A stretch of 64,000 nt of DNA from Octopus sinensis (GCF_006345805.1 NC_043001.1:109678001-109742000); one strand, 5' to 3'. Positions 13,710 through 25,824 are shown, counted from the stretch's first letter. Notes: generated by a model from the sequence alone, not told the origin. Program-made: numbers and translations.

Positions 13710-13755
13710 GACACCTGATGAAGGCTGGAGGGTATATCAGCCGAAACGTTGTGTT
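13710..13755 (+). ncRNA. Minimal type I hammerhead ribozyme (family B)
   Basis: GACAC CTGATGA A GGCTG gagggtatat CAGCC GAA ACGT T GTGTT. Confidence 0.75.
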
Positions 13756-14163
13756 AACAACAAACAAGATGAGGACAAATATCGTCAAATGTAAATAATG
13801 TAAATTATGCCTGTCAAGTCAGCACATCGAACGAGATTGACTGCTGAGCAATTGAAAGGAATTGTCTTGGATCGATGCAACAAGTCCAAAACAAATATTG
13901 ATGATATCTTAAAACCTAAACATCAGTTTCACAAATCTAACTAACAATCTTTGCTGCTTAGTTTGTGAGATTCAGATATGTGTGCACTGGGTTTGATATA
14001 ACTATCTTATCGTTAATATCACCTTCTTTGATAAATTTCTTGTGAATAAGTATGTTTAAGAGTCTTTATTTTTTGTGTATTCACTGTGTTGTCTCAAACA
14101 AAATGGTTATTCAACCCGCGCTCGTCATTCTCTCAGCTATCTGTCCCGCCGTAAAAAAAAATT

Positions 14164-15035
14164 TGGTGACCACTAATATATGAAGACTAAGACGAAATCT
14201 TGTGAAACAGAGTTTATTTTAATGAGATACCTCTTGAAATACCCGAGCAGACATATCTACACCAAGGAATACACCTAAAGAGGTGTACAGCATGCCATCC
14301 GCTAGGGGTCGCTGGTACATTGATCGAAACGGCTGTAGTGATCAACAGTGATCAAAAGAATATTCTCGTATCTTCCATCTTATGTCTCTCTCATTCATCA
14401 CACGCGCACACATACACAGAGCTAAACACGGGGATGCACGGTGCCAAGTGGATCCCTTTCGGTAAGCAGAACTGGATGAAGCGAACATTTGGCTAAGGTG
14501 CCCAACGCTTCGCCTATCACATTTCCGAAAAGGTGTCTGTGGATACAGACAGCAGGACGGTGTCTAAGCGAGCCGCGATCGGTCAGGAGTGTGGGCAACG
14601 GATGCCGGATTGGCCGGGCGACAGGTTGCGCGATCGCCGGTGAGGCGACTTTCTGATGCCCGGTCGAGCAGGAGGGCACCAGGAAATGCTGAGGGCAAGG
14701 TGCATTAGCCGTGCCTGCGTTCGAGGAGCAACGTGTCCGGTCGAGAGAAGTGCGTGAATCCCGATGGTCAGGCTCTGCCGTGCGACCATCGGACGCTGTG
14801 CTCCTACCGGCCCGACAGGTGGGGGTCTCGATGAGGGGTCGGAGAGGAAGTGCGTCCGATGCCGGCGGCCCGGAAACTGAGCACTGACGAGGCAGCAGAC
14901 GACCGCCCGCGGAGCGAGTAGGCGCCATCGGCGCAGCCGTCGACCTCGACAGCATCTCGACCGGAAGCAGCGGACTGAGCCCTCTCGCGATGTAGTCCAG
15001 CCCGTTTATCACTAGGCGCTTTGGCGAACTCTCTC
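14164..15035 (-). mobile_element. Unclassified GC/CpG-rich insertion with an LTR-like segment
   Basis: On the minus strand 14319->14164 reads TGTACC...AATAAA...TCACCA. 14420-15035 is abruptly GC-rich with a 196-codon open frame I do not recognise. Confidence 0.35.
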
Positions 15036-15063
15036 TTCAAATTTTTTTCATCTTTTCCTCTCA

Positions 15064-15097
<34 letters not shown>

Positions 15098-15152
15098 GGG
15101 TGTGCATGTGTGTGCACGTGTATGTGCGCATGTATGTATGCATGTATGTAAA

Positions 15153-15600
15153 TGTAGCTGTGAGATAAGTAGCTTGCTTACCGACCACATGGTTCCGGGT
15201 TCAGTCGCACTGCGTGGCACCTTGGGCAAGTGTCTTCTGCTATAGCCTCGGGCCGACCAAAGCCTTGTGAGTAGATTTGGTAGACGGAAACTGAAAGAAG
15301 CTCGTCGTATATATGTATATGTATGTGTATGTGTGTGTGTCTGTGTCTGTGTGCGTGTGTGTGTGTGTGTGTTTGTGTAGCTGTGTTTGTTACTACGACC
15401 ACCACCACCATCGCTTGACAACGGTGATCATGTCCCCTAGTGTGATCATGTCCCCGTAACCTAGCTGTTCGGTAAAAGATAACGATAGAATAAGTACTAG
15501 GCCTACAAAGAATATGTCCCGGGGTCGATCTGTTCGACTAAAGGCAGTGCTCCAGCTTGGCCGCAGTCAAATGACTGAAACAAATAAAAGAATACAAGAA
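15153..15600 (+). mobile_element. SINE family S1
   Basis: Head, internal microsatellite and tail. Confidence 0.88.
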
Positions 15601-16106
15601 TATATATATTCTGTGCGTGTGTGTAAGGGTATGTTTTCTTTCACCTGTTGCGCGAGAAAAAAAAAATTTAGCTCTAGTTGGAAGGGAGATAATTCCAACA
15701 ATTTTGCCTTATGAGTAGTTTCCCCTGTAAAAACATCCAGAGTTCACTGTTGATATAGATTTATTAATCTTACGTACGACGGCGTTTTGATCCACCTACC
15801 ATTATCGTAAATGTCATATTTACGTTTCTAGATGGTTGCACTCACGATGATGTGAGTACTGGATCTTGTGGTACGCCTATATACACACATGCACAGGCAC
15901 GCACATACTTGTACATCCACACGCAGCTGTGTGAATACGTGCAAACATGTATGCACGTACGTATGGGGGTTGTTATGATTGTATACACAGGCACACAAAC
16001 ACACACATATATATATATAATTATATATATATTAATGTATGCGTGTATAATATATATATATATAATAGCTATAATATATATATATATGTTGTATGTATTA
16101 TATATA

Positions 16107-16152
<46 letters not shown>

Positions 16153-16284
16153 TTATTTTAAGCACCAGAAAATTCAACAAATCTGTTACTCTGAGTTTCT
16201 CGTTGCCGTCATCAGACAGTCTGATGAACGGCAACGAGAAACTCAGAGTAACAGATTTTGTTGAATTTTTGCTGCTTAAAATAA
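16153..16284. repeat. Near-perfect 132-bp palindrome of two head-to-head hammerhead-like motifs (family C)
   Basis: Centre at 16218 (cagac A gtctg); arms are reverse complementary with a few mismatches. Confidence 0.9.
16183..16219 (-). ncRNA. Hammerhead-like motif (family C)
   Basis: CTGT CTGATGA CG gcaa CG A GAA ACTC a GAGT A ACAG; 4-bp stem I, GUA triplet, short stem II. Confidence 0.55.
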
Positions 16285-16357
16285 AGCATATTACTCTACC
16301 ACTGGTATTTGAGTACTCTTTTTTCCACCTTGTTTCACATTTATGTGTTTACTCCGG

Positions 16358-16390
<33 letters not shown>

Positions 16391-16574
16391 GTATGTATTT
16401 ATATGTATGTATGTATATGTGTGTGTGTGTGTGTTGGTATTCCCCAACACGATACTAAAGAAATATCAGAAATACTGCAGAAGCAATGCTGCTCTGTCTT
16501 TACTGATCCCACTGATATTGAGGTAAGGAACGTGAACGAAGTCGATTCCCAGCATATAATCTATTTATGATCCC

Positions 16575-16812
16575 GTTATATATTTTTTAAAAATATGTTT
16601 TATTTTTATATTTATGATTTGGGTTATGCTTATCTTTGTTTGAATTGCATAATAGTGGTTTTTCTCTAATTTATATACATTATATATTTTTTTGTGAAAT
16701 TTGATTTAATACTAAATTGAATTTTTTCCTGTAGGTTTAGAGTTATGCTTCCTAATAATAGTAATAATAATATTAATAATAATAATAATATTAATAATAA
16801 TAATAATAATAA

Positions 16813-16859
<47 letters not shown>

Positions 16860-16985
16860 AATATTAGGGAATGAATCCAAAATTACAGGGAAAAATCAGA
16901 TTTAGGGTTAAATCCAATTTTATAGTAAAATATTTATATAATAATTCGAGACAAAACCACAAATAGTGGTTTTGTCTCGAATTAT
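16575..16985. repeat. Diverged inverted repeat around an (AAT)n(TA)n tract plus a terminal hairpin
   Basis: 16650-16750 resembles the reverse complement of 16862-16960; aattcgagacaaaaccac aaata gtggttttgtctcgaatt at 16943-16983. Confidence 0.6.
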
Positions 16986-17003
16986 ATTATATATATATAT
17001 ATA

Positions 17004-17247
17004 TGGAGGCGCAATGTCCCAGTGGTTAGCTGCAGTGGACTCGCGGTCGATTCCCAGACCGGGCGTTGCGAGTGTTTATTGAGCGAAAACACCTAAAGCT
17101 GCACGAGGCCCCGGCAGGGAATGGTGCGCCACAACTTTCTCTCGCTCTTTCTTCTGTCGGCCTGCTCGCTTAGCCAGCGGGGTGGCGTCATTTGAAGGCT
17201 AAAACAATGCGAAGCGTATTGTGACCAGCGATGTGTAGCAACATCTC
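17004..17247 (+). mobile_element. tRNA-derived SINE family S3
   Basis: tggaggcgcaatg..cagtggtta...gattcccagaccgggcgttg head. Confidence 0.85.
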
Positions 17248-17689
17248 ATAACTATATATATATGGTACGAAAATATCAAAGACGAAGTAAAAATATAAAG
17301 AGATTGTATCATTTTGACGCTGAGTAAAATTGAAAGAAGTCTTTTACATTTCAAGCCTACTCATTTCAATGGATAGGATGGATGAGGCGAGGAAGATATT
17401 CGGAGAAAAGAAGAAGCACGTTTCAAATCCACGTTCATCGCATCACCTTATCCGCATTTCGTGCAGGAACAGGACTAGCGTAGGGCTTAATTAACTAACC
17501 CATGTTAGTTGTATTTCTGTAAGTTATAAGAGCATCACTTCATTAATACAAGTCTTGTATATCACATATACATGTGAAAAATAGGGATTTTCTTCCGATT
17601 CAATGTTACGTTCGTTTCGTTGAAAGAAAGCCATAAAACTAGTGTTCACTCACTTCTAGCATTTGAATTCGAATCACAACCAAATTATA

Positions 17690-17770
17690 TGCATGCATGC
17701 ATGCATGTATGTATGTATGTAGTATGTATGTATGTATGTATGTATGTATGTATGTATGTATGTATGTCTA

Positions 17771-17858
<88 letters not shown>

Positions 17859-17915
17859 CTCTCTCTCTCTTCTCTCTCTCTATCTTATATAATATATATA
17901 TATATTATATTATAT
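17690..17915. repeat. Compound (TATG)n(TATC)n(TC)n(TA)n microsatellite
   Basis: Direct reading. Confidence 0.95.
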
Positions 17916-17917
17916 AC

Positions 17918-18240
17918 GGGAAGCTTTATGAAATAGACAAAAGACGAAGGCATGTTTACGGAAATAAACAAAAGACGAAGGCAGGTGGAATACAAACAAA
18001 CAATTGTATTAGTATGGCGCTCAGGAAATATAAATAATACAAGTCTTTAACGTTTCGAGCCTACGCTCTTCAACAGAAAGATACACAGAGAAGAAACACA
18101 GAAAGAAGGAGAGAAAAAAATGCGTGCAGAGGCTAGCGAATCAACATGGCGATCTGATTTCGGCCAGAAGTCAAAGATCAAACGTGAAACGCAAGAGCGA
18201 AATTAGGGGAGATAATAGGGTTAAATGACCTCGCTCCAAC
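17918..18240 (-). mobile_element. Penelope-type pLTR-like element (family D)
   Basis: Contains a hammerhead-like motif; flanked by microsatellite and a purine tract. Confidence 0.5.
18044..18081 (-). ncRNA. Hammerhead-like motif with variant core CUGUUGA (family D)
   Basis: TCTTT CTGTTGA A GAGC gtag GCTC GAA ACGT T AAAGA. Confidence 0.55.
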
Positions 18241-18369
18241 ATAAGAGTGTGTGTGTGTGTGTGTATGTGAAGAGTGTGTGTGTGTGTGTATGAGAGAGTA
18301 TTAGTGCGTATGAGAGGTCTGGACGTGTGTATTTATATATGATGTAATGTGTAAAGTCGTATGGTGTAG

Positions 18370-18740
18370 TGTAGAGAGAGGAGATGAGGGAAGAGGAGGG
18401 AGGTAAGGGGTGAGGGGTGCGGGTGAGGGGGGAGAAAGAAAGGGGAGAAGGAAAGGGGAAAAAAGGAGGGGGAAGGGGGAGAAGGAAGGAGAGGAGAAGA
18501 GGAGGGGAGGTAAGGGGAGAAGGAAGGAGAGGAGGAGGGAGGATAGAGGGAGAGGGGGAGAGAGGGAAAGAGAAAGGGAGTGAGGGCGCAGAGAGAAAGA
18601 GGGAAGGGGAAGAGGGAAGAAGGAGGGTGGGAGAAAGAGGGAAGAAGGGAAGAGGAGTAGGGGTGAAAGGATGAAGGACTGAAGAGAAGTAAGGGTCCCG
18701 GGGGGGGGGTTAGATGAGGAGGGGGGGAATGTTGAGACCA
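18370..18740 (+). repeat. Polypurine (A/G) low-complexity tract
   Basis: ~370 nt, almost all purine, with many G runs. Confidence 0.9.
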
Positions 18741-18861
18741 AATGGCGTATAAGAGCGAAGAGAGAAGATTAATTCCTGTTCACGGCGCAAATATATATAT
18801 ATATATATTATCGCGGGCGTGACTGTGTGGCCATTTACACACATACATATATATATATTAG

Positions 18862-19290
18862 GGCGGTGAGCTGACAGAAACGTTAGCACGCGGGGCGAAA
18901 TGCTTAGCGCTATTTAGTCTGCCGCTACGTTCTGAGTGCAAATTTCGCCGAGGTCGACTTTGCCTTTCATCCTTTCGGGGTCGATTAAATAAGTAGCAGT
19001 TACTCACTGGGGTCGATGTAATCGACTTAATCCGTTTGTCTGTCCTTGTTTGTCCCCTCTGTGTTTAGCCTGTGGCCAATAAGAAAATGAATATTTTGGT
19101 GGGTACTTACAAAATGTCTGGAAAAGAAAATTTGGTTAAATAAGTACCAGTTACGCACTGAGGTTGATGTAATCGACTTAATCGATTTGTCCTTGTTTGT
19201 CCCCTCAATGTTTAGCCCCCGTGTGGCCAATAAAGAAATAAATATTTTGGAGAGTACTTACAAAATGTCCCGGAAAAGAAAACTAGGTTA
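18862..19290 (+). mobile_element. SINE S2 with tandemly duplicated tail
   Basis: Full head ggcggtgagctgacagaaacgttagcacg; tail and flank are repeated twice. Confidence 0.85.
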
Positions 19291-19779
19291 TATTATGATG
19301 TCGCCTTTTTCTTTCATTTTTGGCACTTCCACTATTTTCGTAATTGTATGATGTATAAATGTATATGACCTCGGGATAGTATGGAAGCAGGATCGCTTGT
19401 TCAAGTGCTGCAGGTTTCTGTGTCTGTTTCTGATAAAGTGAGATCAGATTTTATTATACATTGGCTTTACTTCTGAACGACTGCATCGCCTGTATTGCAA
19501 ATTACATCGGACCACAGGCTGAAGTCTAGCGGTGTTTTGTTGGAAAGAGCGGACCTACATGAAAATACGAATTTCCAAAGCCTGAAAGGTAAGACAGTGT
19601 TCCTGGGCATAAACGCTGCAGTTAAGATGATGGTAGGGCCATTAGGATAGTGTCCATTTACAGTTCTACTGGTGATGGCAAGTCGAATTTTGGCAGTACT
19701 CCCGCGGCAGGAATTTCAGGAAATTGTTCATAGGCCTTGGTTCGAAAGGCCTCTGGTAAAGATCAATCAGTTGATACTA

Positions 19780-20362
19780 GTGGACACTCAGATCCACCCC
19801 ACGAGGATGTCATCGCATGACCCCAAAACTCAATGTCAACTCGAATTCGAACACCGAATTTAAATACGGTCGAAATGCCGTTAAGCATTTTGTCCGGTGT
19901 GACAACGATTCTGCCAGCTCGCCGCTTTGGCGATGGTAAGAGTTTCAACTTTTGGCGCCGGGCCTTCAATTTCTGGGAGGTGGCAAATCGATACTATCGA
20001 TCCAGTGATCAGCTGTATTGACCACAAAAGGCTAAAAGGCAAAGTTGACCTCGGCGTAATTTGAATTCAGAGCGAAAAGCCGGACGACATGCCGCTTTGC
20101 ATTTTATCCGGATCCCTTAAGATTCTGCCAGATTGCCGCCTTCATTATCCTTTCTACTTTAGGCCCAAGGCCTGAAATTTTTAGGGGAGGTGACTAGTCA
20201 ATTACATCGACTCAAGTGTTCCACTGGTTCTTAATTATCGACCACGAAAGGAGGAAATGCAAAGTGGACTTCGGCGGAATTTGAACTCAGAACGTAGTGG
20301 TAAACAAAATACCGCTAAGCATTTCGCTCAGCGTGCTAACGTCTCTTCCAGCTCACTGCCTT
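19780..20362. mobile_element. Diverged S2 modules, both orientations
   Basis: S2 core motifs in + and - sense. Confidence 0.7.
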
Positions 20363-20378
20363 CATAATGAAGAAGATA

Positions 20379-20730
20379 TGGAGGCGCAATGGCCCAGTGA
20401 TTAGGGCAGCGAACTCGCAGTCATAGGATCGCGGTTTCGATTCCCAGACAGGGTGTTGTGAGAGTTTATTGAGCGAAAACACCGAAAGCTCCACGAGGCT
20501 CCGGCGGGGGCTGGTGGCGAACCCTGTTGTACTCTTTACCACAGCTTTCTCTCCCTTTTTCTTCCTGTTTCTGGTGTACCTGTATGCCCCGCTGAATCTC
20601 TCCGGGAACTACGTTAAGGGTACATGTATCTGTGGAGTGCTCAACCACTTGCTCGTTAATTTCAAGTTCAGGCTGTTACGTTGATTGATTGGATAACTGT
20701 AACCCTTGTCGTCGTAACCGACGGAGTGCC
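20379..20730 (+). mobile_element. SINE family S3
   Basis: Head plus body ending in gtcgtaaccgacggagtg. Confidence 0.85.
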
Positions 20731-21258
20731 GTAGTAATGAAGAAAATAATGACAACAAAATTCTTTGTCAGTAACAGCAATAGTACTTCCAACGACTTCG
20801 CTTCAATGAAGTTTAAAGTATTAAATATAATATGCGTTTTTGCCTTTTATTCTGTGAATGTCATATCACTGTCATTTGTAGAGAAGAGTTAACTTCCTGA
20901 GTTGAAATATTCATTTTGATAAACTAAGGATTAAGTAAAAGAGAAAGAACAAAAGAATTAGCTGGGAAATCTTTTAAGATAATTTTTTCTTCTAATTATT
21001 TTTTCATTTTACTAGGATGATTTGAAAAGGAAATGCAGCAGCAGCCTTGTAAAATGTATTTAGCAGGGATAAATTTCATGAAGAGAATAATGATCCACTT
21101 GATAGGGTTCTGTTTAAGCAAACAAGACAATAAATGAGGAATATTAGCACGAAGAGACCATAGAGTTCTTGCTGATAATTCGTTAATTTGTTATATGCGT
21201 TTTTTTTATAAGCGTACTCTACACATACATACATGCAAACATCCATATATACGTACGT

Positions 21259-21311
<53 letters not shown>

Positions 21312-21449
21312 CCTATATATATATATATTATATATATATATTATAACATATATATATATATATGTGTGGTGTGTGTGTATGTATATATATATATATATTA
21401 TATGAGCATGTCTAGATATGCAACTGTATGCATGAGAATACATACATAA

Positions 21450-21890
21450 AACATACAAATCTGCACATACATGCATACATATATATATATATATATATGT
21501 CTACATACATACATGCATACATACATACATACATACATACATACATACATACATACATACATACATACATACATACAATAATACCCTGTTGCTGATGTTG
21601 AAATTCCAACGAAGGAACCTTGGATCTAGTTTAGAAACCGGTTCTTTCTCTATTGACAAGAAATCTTGAAATAAACTGAATAAAGACATACATACATGTA
21701 TACATACATATATACATATATATATACATACATACATACATAACATGCATGCATACATACATACATGCATGTATACAGCATACATACATACATGCATACA
21801 TACATACATGCATACATACATGCATGCATACATATATACATGCATACATAAATACATGCATACATGCATGCATACATACATACATACATT

Positions 21891-21922
<32 letters not shown>

Positions 21923-22100
21923 CATGCATTCATACATATATACATGCATACATAAATACATTCATGCATACATGCATACATGCATACATACATGCATACA
22001 TACATACATGCATACATACATGCATACATACATACATTCATACATACATACATACATACATACATACATACATACATACATACATACATACATACATACA
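21450..22100. repeat. (CATA)n/(CATG)n degenerate microsatellite
   Basis: Direct reading; interrupted by a unique segment at ~21575-21690. Confidence 0.95.
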
Positions 22101-22442
22101 GCTGCTTAGTCCAGAGAGGATTTTGTACTCCAGTTCACCGAAAGAAATTTGCCAATATGCTTGCATTTACTGAACATTTCGGATCTAGAATAAAGTAGAG
22201 TGGTAGAAATCTTGGATATAAAAGAATTTGTGATCATTCAGCTATACATAAATTGCATTTCTAAGATCCATTTACGCACGACATGAATTTCTTTACGAAT
22301 CTCCACTTTGTTGTATGTACTGTGCAGTAATACTGGCTAACTATTGCCGATGTGCAGGGAAATAAGATTGATGGTTTGGATAACGTCTTTTGAAATTGCC
22401 TTCGCAATAAAACGACGTAATTTTTCATATCAGTTACGTTAC

Positions 22443-22463
22443 CTTGACGCGTTGCTGTGACGT
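22443..22463 (-). CDS. Candidate 21-nt microexon
   Basis: cgtttttttgtgacag ACGTCACAGCAACGCGTCAAG gtaacg; frame-preserving. Confidence 0.4.
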
Positions 22464-23269
22464 CTGTCACAAAAAAACGAATCGTGTGACCTCTGCCAGC
22501 ATAAATTTTATGACTTCACCCCATATAAATTGTATGGTCTCATACATTAAATTGTACGATCTCACCCAACATAAATTATAATGCTAACCTGATTCTAGAA
22601 ATTTAATCGACTTGCACTAACAACTGATGGCTCCTCATATGAGTGTCTTATCATGTGGTAGCTAAGCAAATACACTTATTAATGCATGGCTTCAGCAAAA
22701 GATTGGAGCACTTTTGCGCATTTTACGTCAATCATGCAAGGTGAATGAGTGTAGAAGTAACAATAAGAACTACGGTGCAATTTCTACAATATTTCTTGCA
22801 GCAGGGTTTGAAATCCTTGTACTGATGGTGTTATTTATAGTTGAAATGAATGAATTTAATTTGTTAGCTCCAATTGAAAGAACATGCAATGTCTACCAAA
22901 AGTAACAGTTTTCTGTTATGAAATTCCTGTATAAAGATACCTCGTGAAACATACTACCAAGGTGATAATAAATGTTTGGGTCACAGAATCAGGCTTAGGA
23001 TTCGGTATCGCCTCCGATAACGTAGGATTGTAGGCGAGAGTGATAAACAAATTAAGTCTTCATATTTCCAAACATTGTAATGGCTTCCAAAGTGCATGCA
23101 TTCATGCATATCGCACGGGCATTTTGTGAAAATAGCGGGATATATAACCAACGTTTTAACGTTGGCAGAACGACTATCATTTGCATCGTCTCTGAAATGA
23201 ATATGAGCAATAAAATTTAATCAGCTCTGGTTGTGTTTGGTGTAGCTCAATAACTCAGTTTTCACATAC

Positions 23270-23347
23270 CTGTCAAAAATAGATTGATGGGAGAGCTCTC
23301 TGTACTTTTTGATATTCTTCACTCCTTCTGATGGTGTCGTATTTATA
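23270..23347 (-). CDS. Candidate coding exon (INTTPSEGVKNIKKYRELSHQSIFD); acceptor uncertain (23347 or 23327)
   Basis: Strong donor gacag/gtatgt; open frame ending in phase 2, compatible with the 21-nt, 3-nt and 107-nt candidates downstream. Weak pyrimidine tract. Confidence 0.35.
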
Positions 23348-23738
23348 CTTGATGCATGCATACTTACATAGGTACGCACGTACATACATACACATATAAG
23401 TATATATGCATGCATGTATAGACATACACATATATACATAGATATACACATAAACACACACGCATTGACAAACAAACGTGTGCATATATATATAATATAT
23501 ATATATATATATTATATATATACATAAATTAGAAAAAAACCCACCTTTTATCAATTCAATAATGAAAATTAAATTATACCATTAGAAAAATACATATTAT
23601 AGAAAGATTAAATATAAGATAAAACATATAACGATGATTAAGTATTGTGCAAAATAATAAATAAAACGTTGGAATTATTTAGAAGTCTTATTTTTCCTAT
23701 ATTGCTAAGCGTAAATACTAAAATAGTGTTCTCTATTT

Positions 23739-24882
23739 CAGGGTGGAGGTATACAGAGTTAATCTAAGCAGAAGTTCCAGTCATACGATCTAACATGGCC
23801 ACTTAAGAAGCCAAGAGACAATGCCTTGTAGATTTGCTTCGTGCCGGTGTTGCAACTAGACGTATTGCTCAGACTGTGTGGGCCTCTGTGAGCACTGTCT
23901 ACAACTTTAGGAATCGAATGCTGGATATTGGAGGCATCAAGAGAAACCAAGGAAGTGGAGACATAAAAAAATGGTATAATGCATTTCTTAGATCTCTCAA
24001 AGCCCAAATTTCGAAAGACCCAACAACATCTATGAGAAAACTGTCCATGGACATGAAAGTTGATCCAAAGACCATCAAAAATGCTGTAAATACTGATTTA
24101 CATTTGGGGGTCTCACGTGAGGGCCCCGAGACACGTATTAACTCATGCAATGAAAGCCAAAAGGCATAAAAGGGCCAAAAATGTGTTGCGATGCCTGAAG
24201 CACAATGGACAAACCGTCAAAGGCTTTTCAGACGAAAATATCTTTCCCGTTGATGCTGTTTTAAAACGTCCCAATGATGGATATAATGCTAAGTTACCTT
24301 CAGCTCAAGTCGTGATACTGGGAGTCGTGGCGTCCGACGGAAAAAAAAAGATGCTTCTCCATTTATTCAAGTCTGGGGAAAAGGTGGGGCCTTACGTTTA
24401 TTATAAAGTCCTGCGGTATTAGGTTTTTCCTTGGCTGAGGTATAACTACTCCAACGGTAATTATGTGTGAACCGAAGATGGTCCTCCTGCTCATACGGCG
24501 AAGAAAGTGCAGAAATTCTGCGAAGACAACTTCGCCGACTTTTGGCCTGTCAACTTGTAGCATTCTTCCAGCCAAGATTTGAATTCCTTGGACTATGCTG
24601 TAAGGGGCAAATTGGAGGAGCACTCTACCAACAGAACTTCGCATCCAAGTCTTCATCATTTTAAGCAACATGTCTGAGTATTTCGTCATGAATAGTTGTG
24701 ACGTTTCTAGGCGGCGTATGAAGGCTGTGGTGGACATTAAAGGCAGACATATTGAATAAATTGTCTCTTTATACCCCTATATACTTCTGTTAAAATTACA
24801 TTTATATCAGGTTGCCGGTTGTTCTAATATAAACAATATTGTGAATTATCTATTATTTTCCAAGTTATACTTCCACACCATG
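23739..24882 (+). mobile_element. Tc1/mariner-superfamily maT-type (DD37D) transposon, decayed
   Basis: Frameshifted transposase with FSDE, then D-GPPAH...DLNSL-D with 37 residues between the second and third Asp (counted by hand). Degenerate TIRs cagggtggaggtatac / gttatacttccacaccatg. Confidence 0.85.
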
Positions 24883-24907
24883 TGTGTATGTGTGTGTGTG
24901 TATACAT

Positions 24908-24944
<37 letters not shown>

Positions 24945-25099
24945 AATATATAAGAATATTTGCGTAATAAGATAAAAAACCCAAGGCTGTATAGATATTA
25001 GAGCATTTATAGATAGAAGGTCTTACAGCTGTTTCTAGGATAATAATTAATAATACCCCTTCATCGGAGACGGTGTGAGAGGAAAAGTTAAGTCATAGT

Positions 25100-25249
25100 T
25101 AGTAGCTTGGTTACAAATCACATGGTTCCGAGTCAGTGCCACTGCGTGACACCTTGGGCAAGTGTCCTCTACTAGAGCCTCGGGCCGACCAGAGACTTGT
25201 GAGTGGATATAGTAGACGGAAACTGAAAGAAGCCCGTAGTATATATATA

Positions 25250-25296
<47 letters not shown>

Positions 25297-25540
25297 ATAT
25301 ATATGTATGTATGTGTGTGTATATGCTTATGTGTCAATGTTTGTCTCCCCAACCACCAGTATCGCTTTGACGAACGATGCTGGCGCATTTACGTCCCCGT
25401 AACTTAGCGGTTCGGCAAAAGAGACCCATAGAACAAGTGCTATGCTTACAAAGAATAAGAACTGCGGGTCAATTTGCTCGACTAAAGGCGGTGCTCCAGC
25501 ATGGCTGCAGTGAACGAACTGAAGTAAGTAAAAACAAAGA
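25100..25540 (+). mobile_element. SINE family S1 (5'-truncated)
   Basis: Head remnant, microsatellite and tail. Confidence 0.85.
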
Positions 25541-25541
25541 G

Positions 25542-25578
<37 letters not shown>

Positions 25579-25750
25579 ATACATGCACACAAACACACAT
25601 ACACGCACACAAACACATACATGTAGATGTATGAATGTACGACTGTTTCTACATATGTATGCATGTATGTATCTATACATATATAGATATCTATATATCT
25701 ATATATATATACGAACATATATATAAATACACATATATATGCATATATAT

Positions 25751-25794
<44 letters not shown>

Positions 25795-25824
25795 GAACAT
25801 ATATATATGTATGTGTGTGTGTAT

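Larger units (their letters stand above)
13530..13805. mobile_element. Head-to-head inverted Penelope-type pLTR pair (~134-bp arms, 8-nt spacer)
   Basis: Arms 13530-13663 and 13672-13805 are near reverse complements; each contains a hammerhead motif. Confidence 0.85.

Noticed and set aside
14422-15012. 196-aa ORF as a host gene
   Set aside because: No recognisable domain or splice context; long open frames are common at this GC content.
19569-19597. LSYLSGFGN similarity to the homogentisate dioxygenase N-terminus (minus strand)
   Set aside because: The match does not continue on either side and a stop follows.
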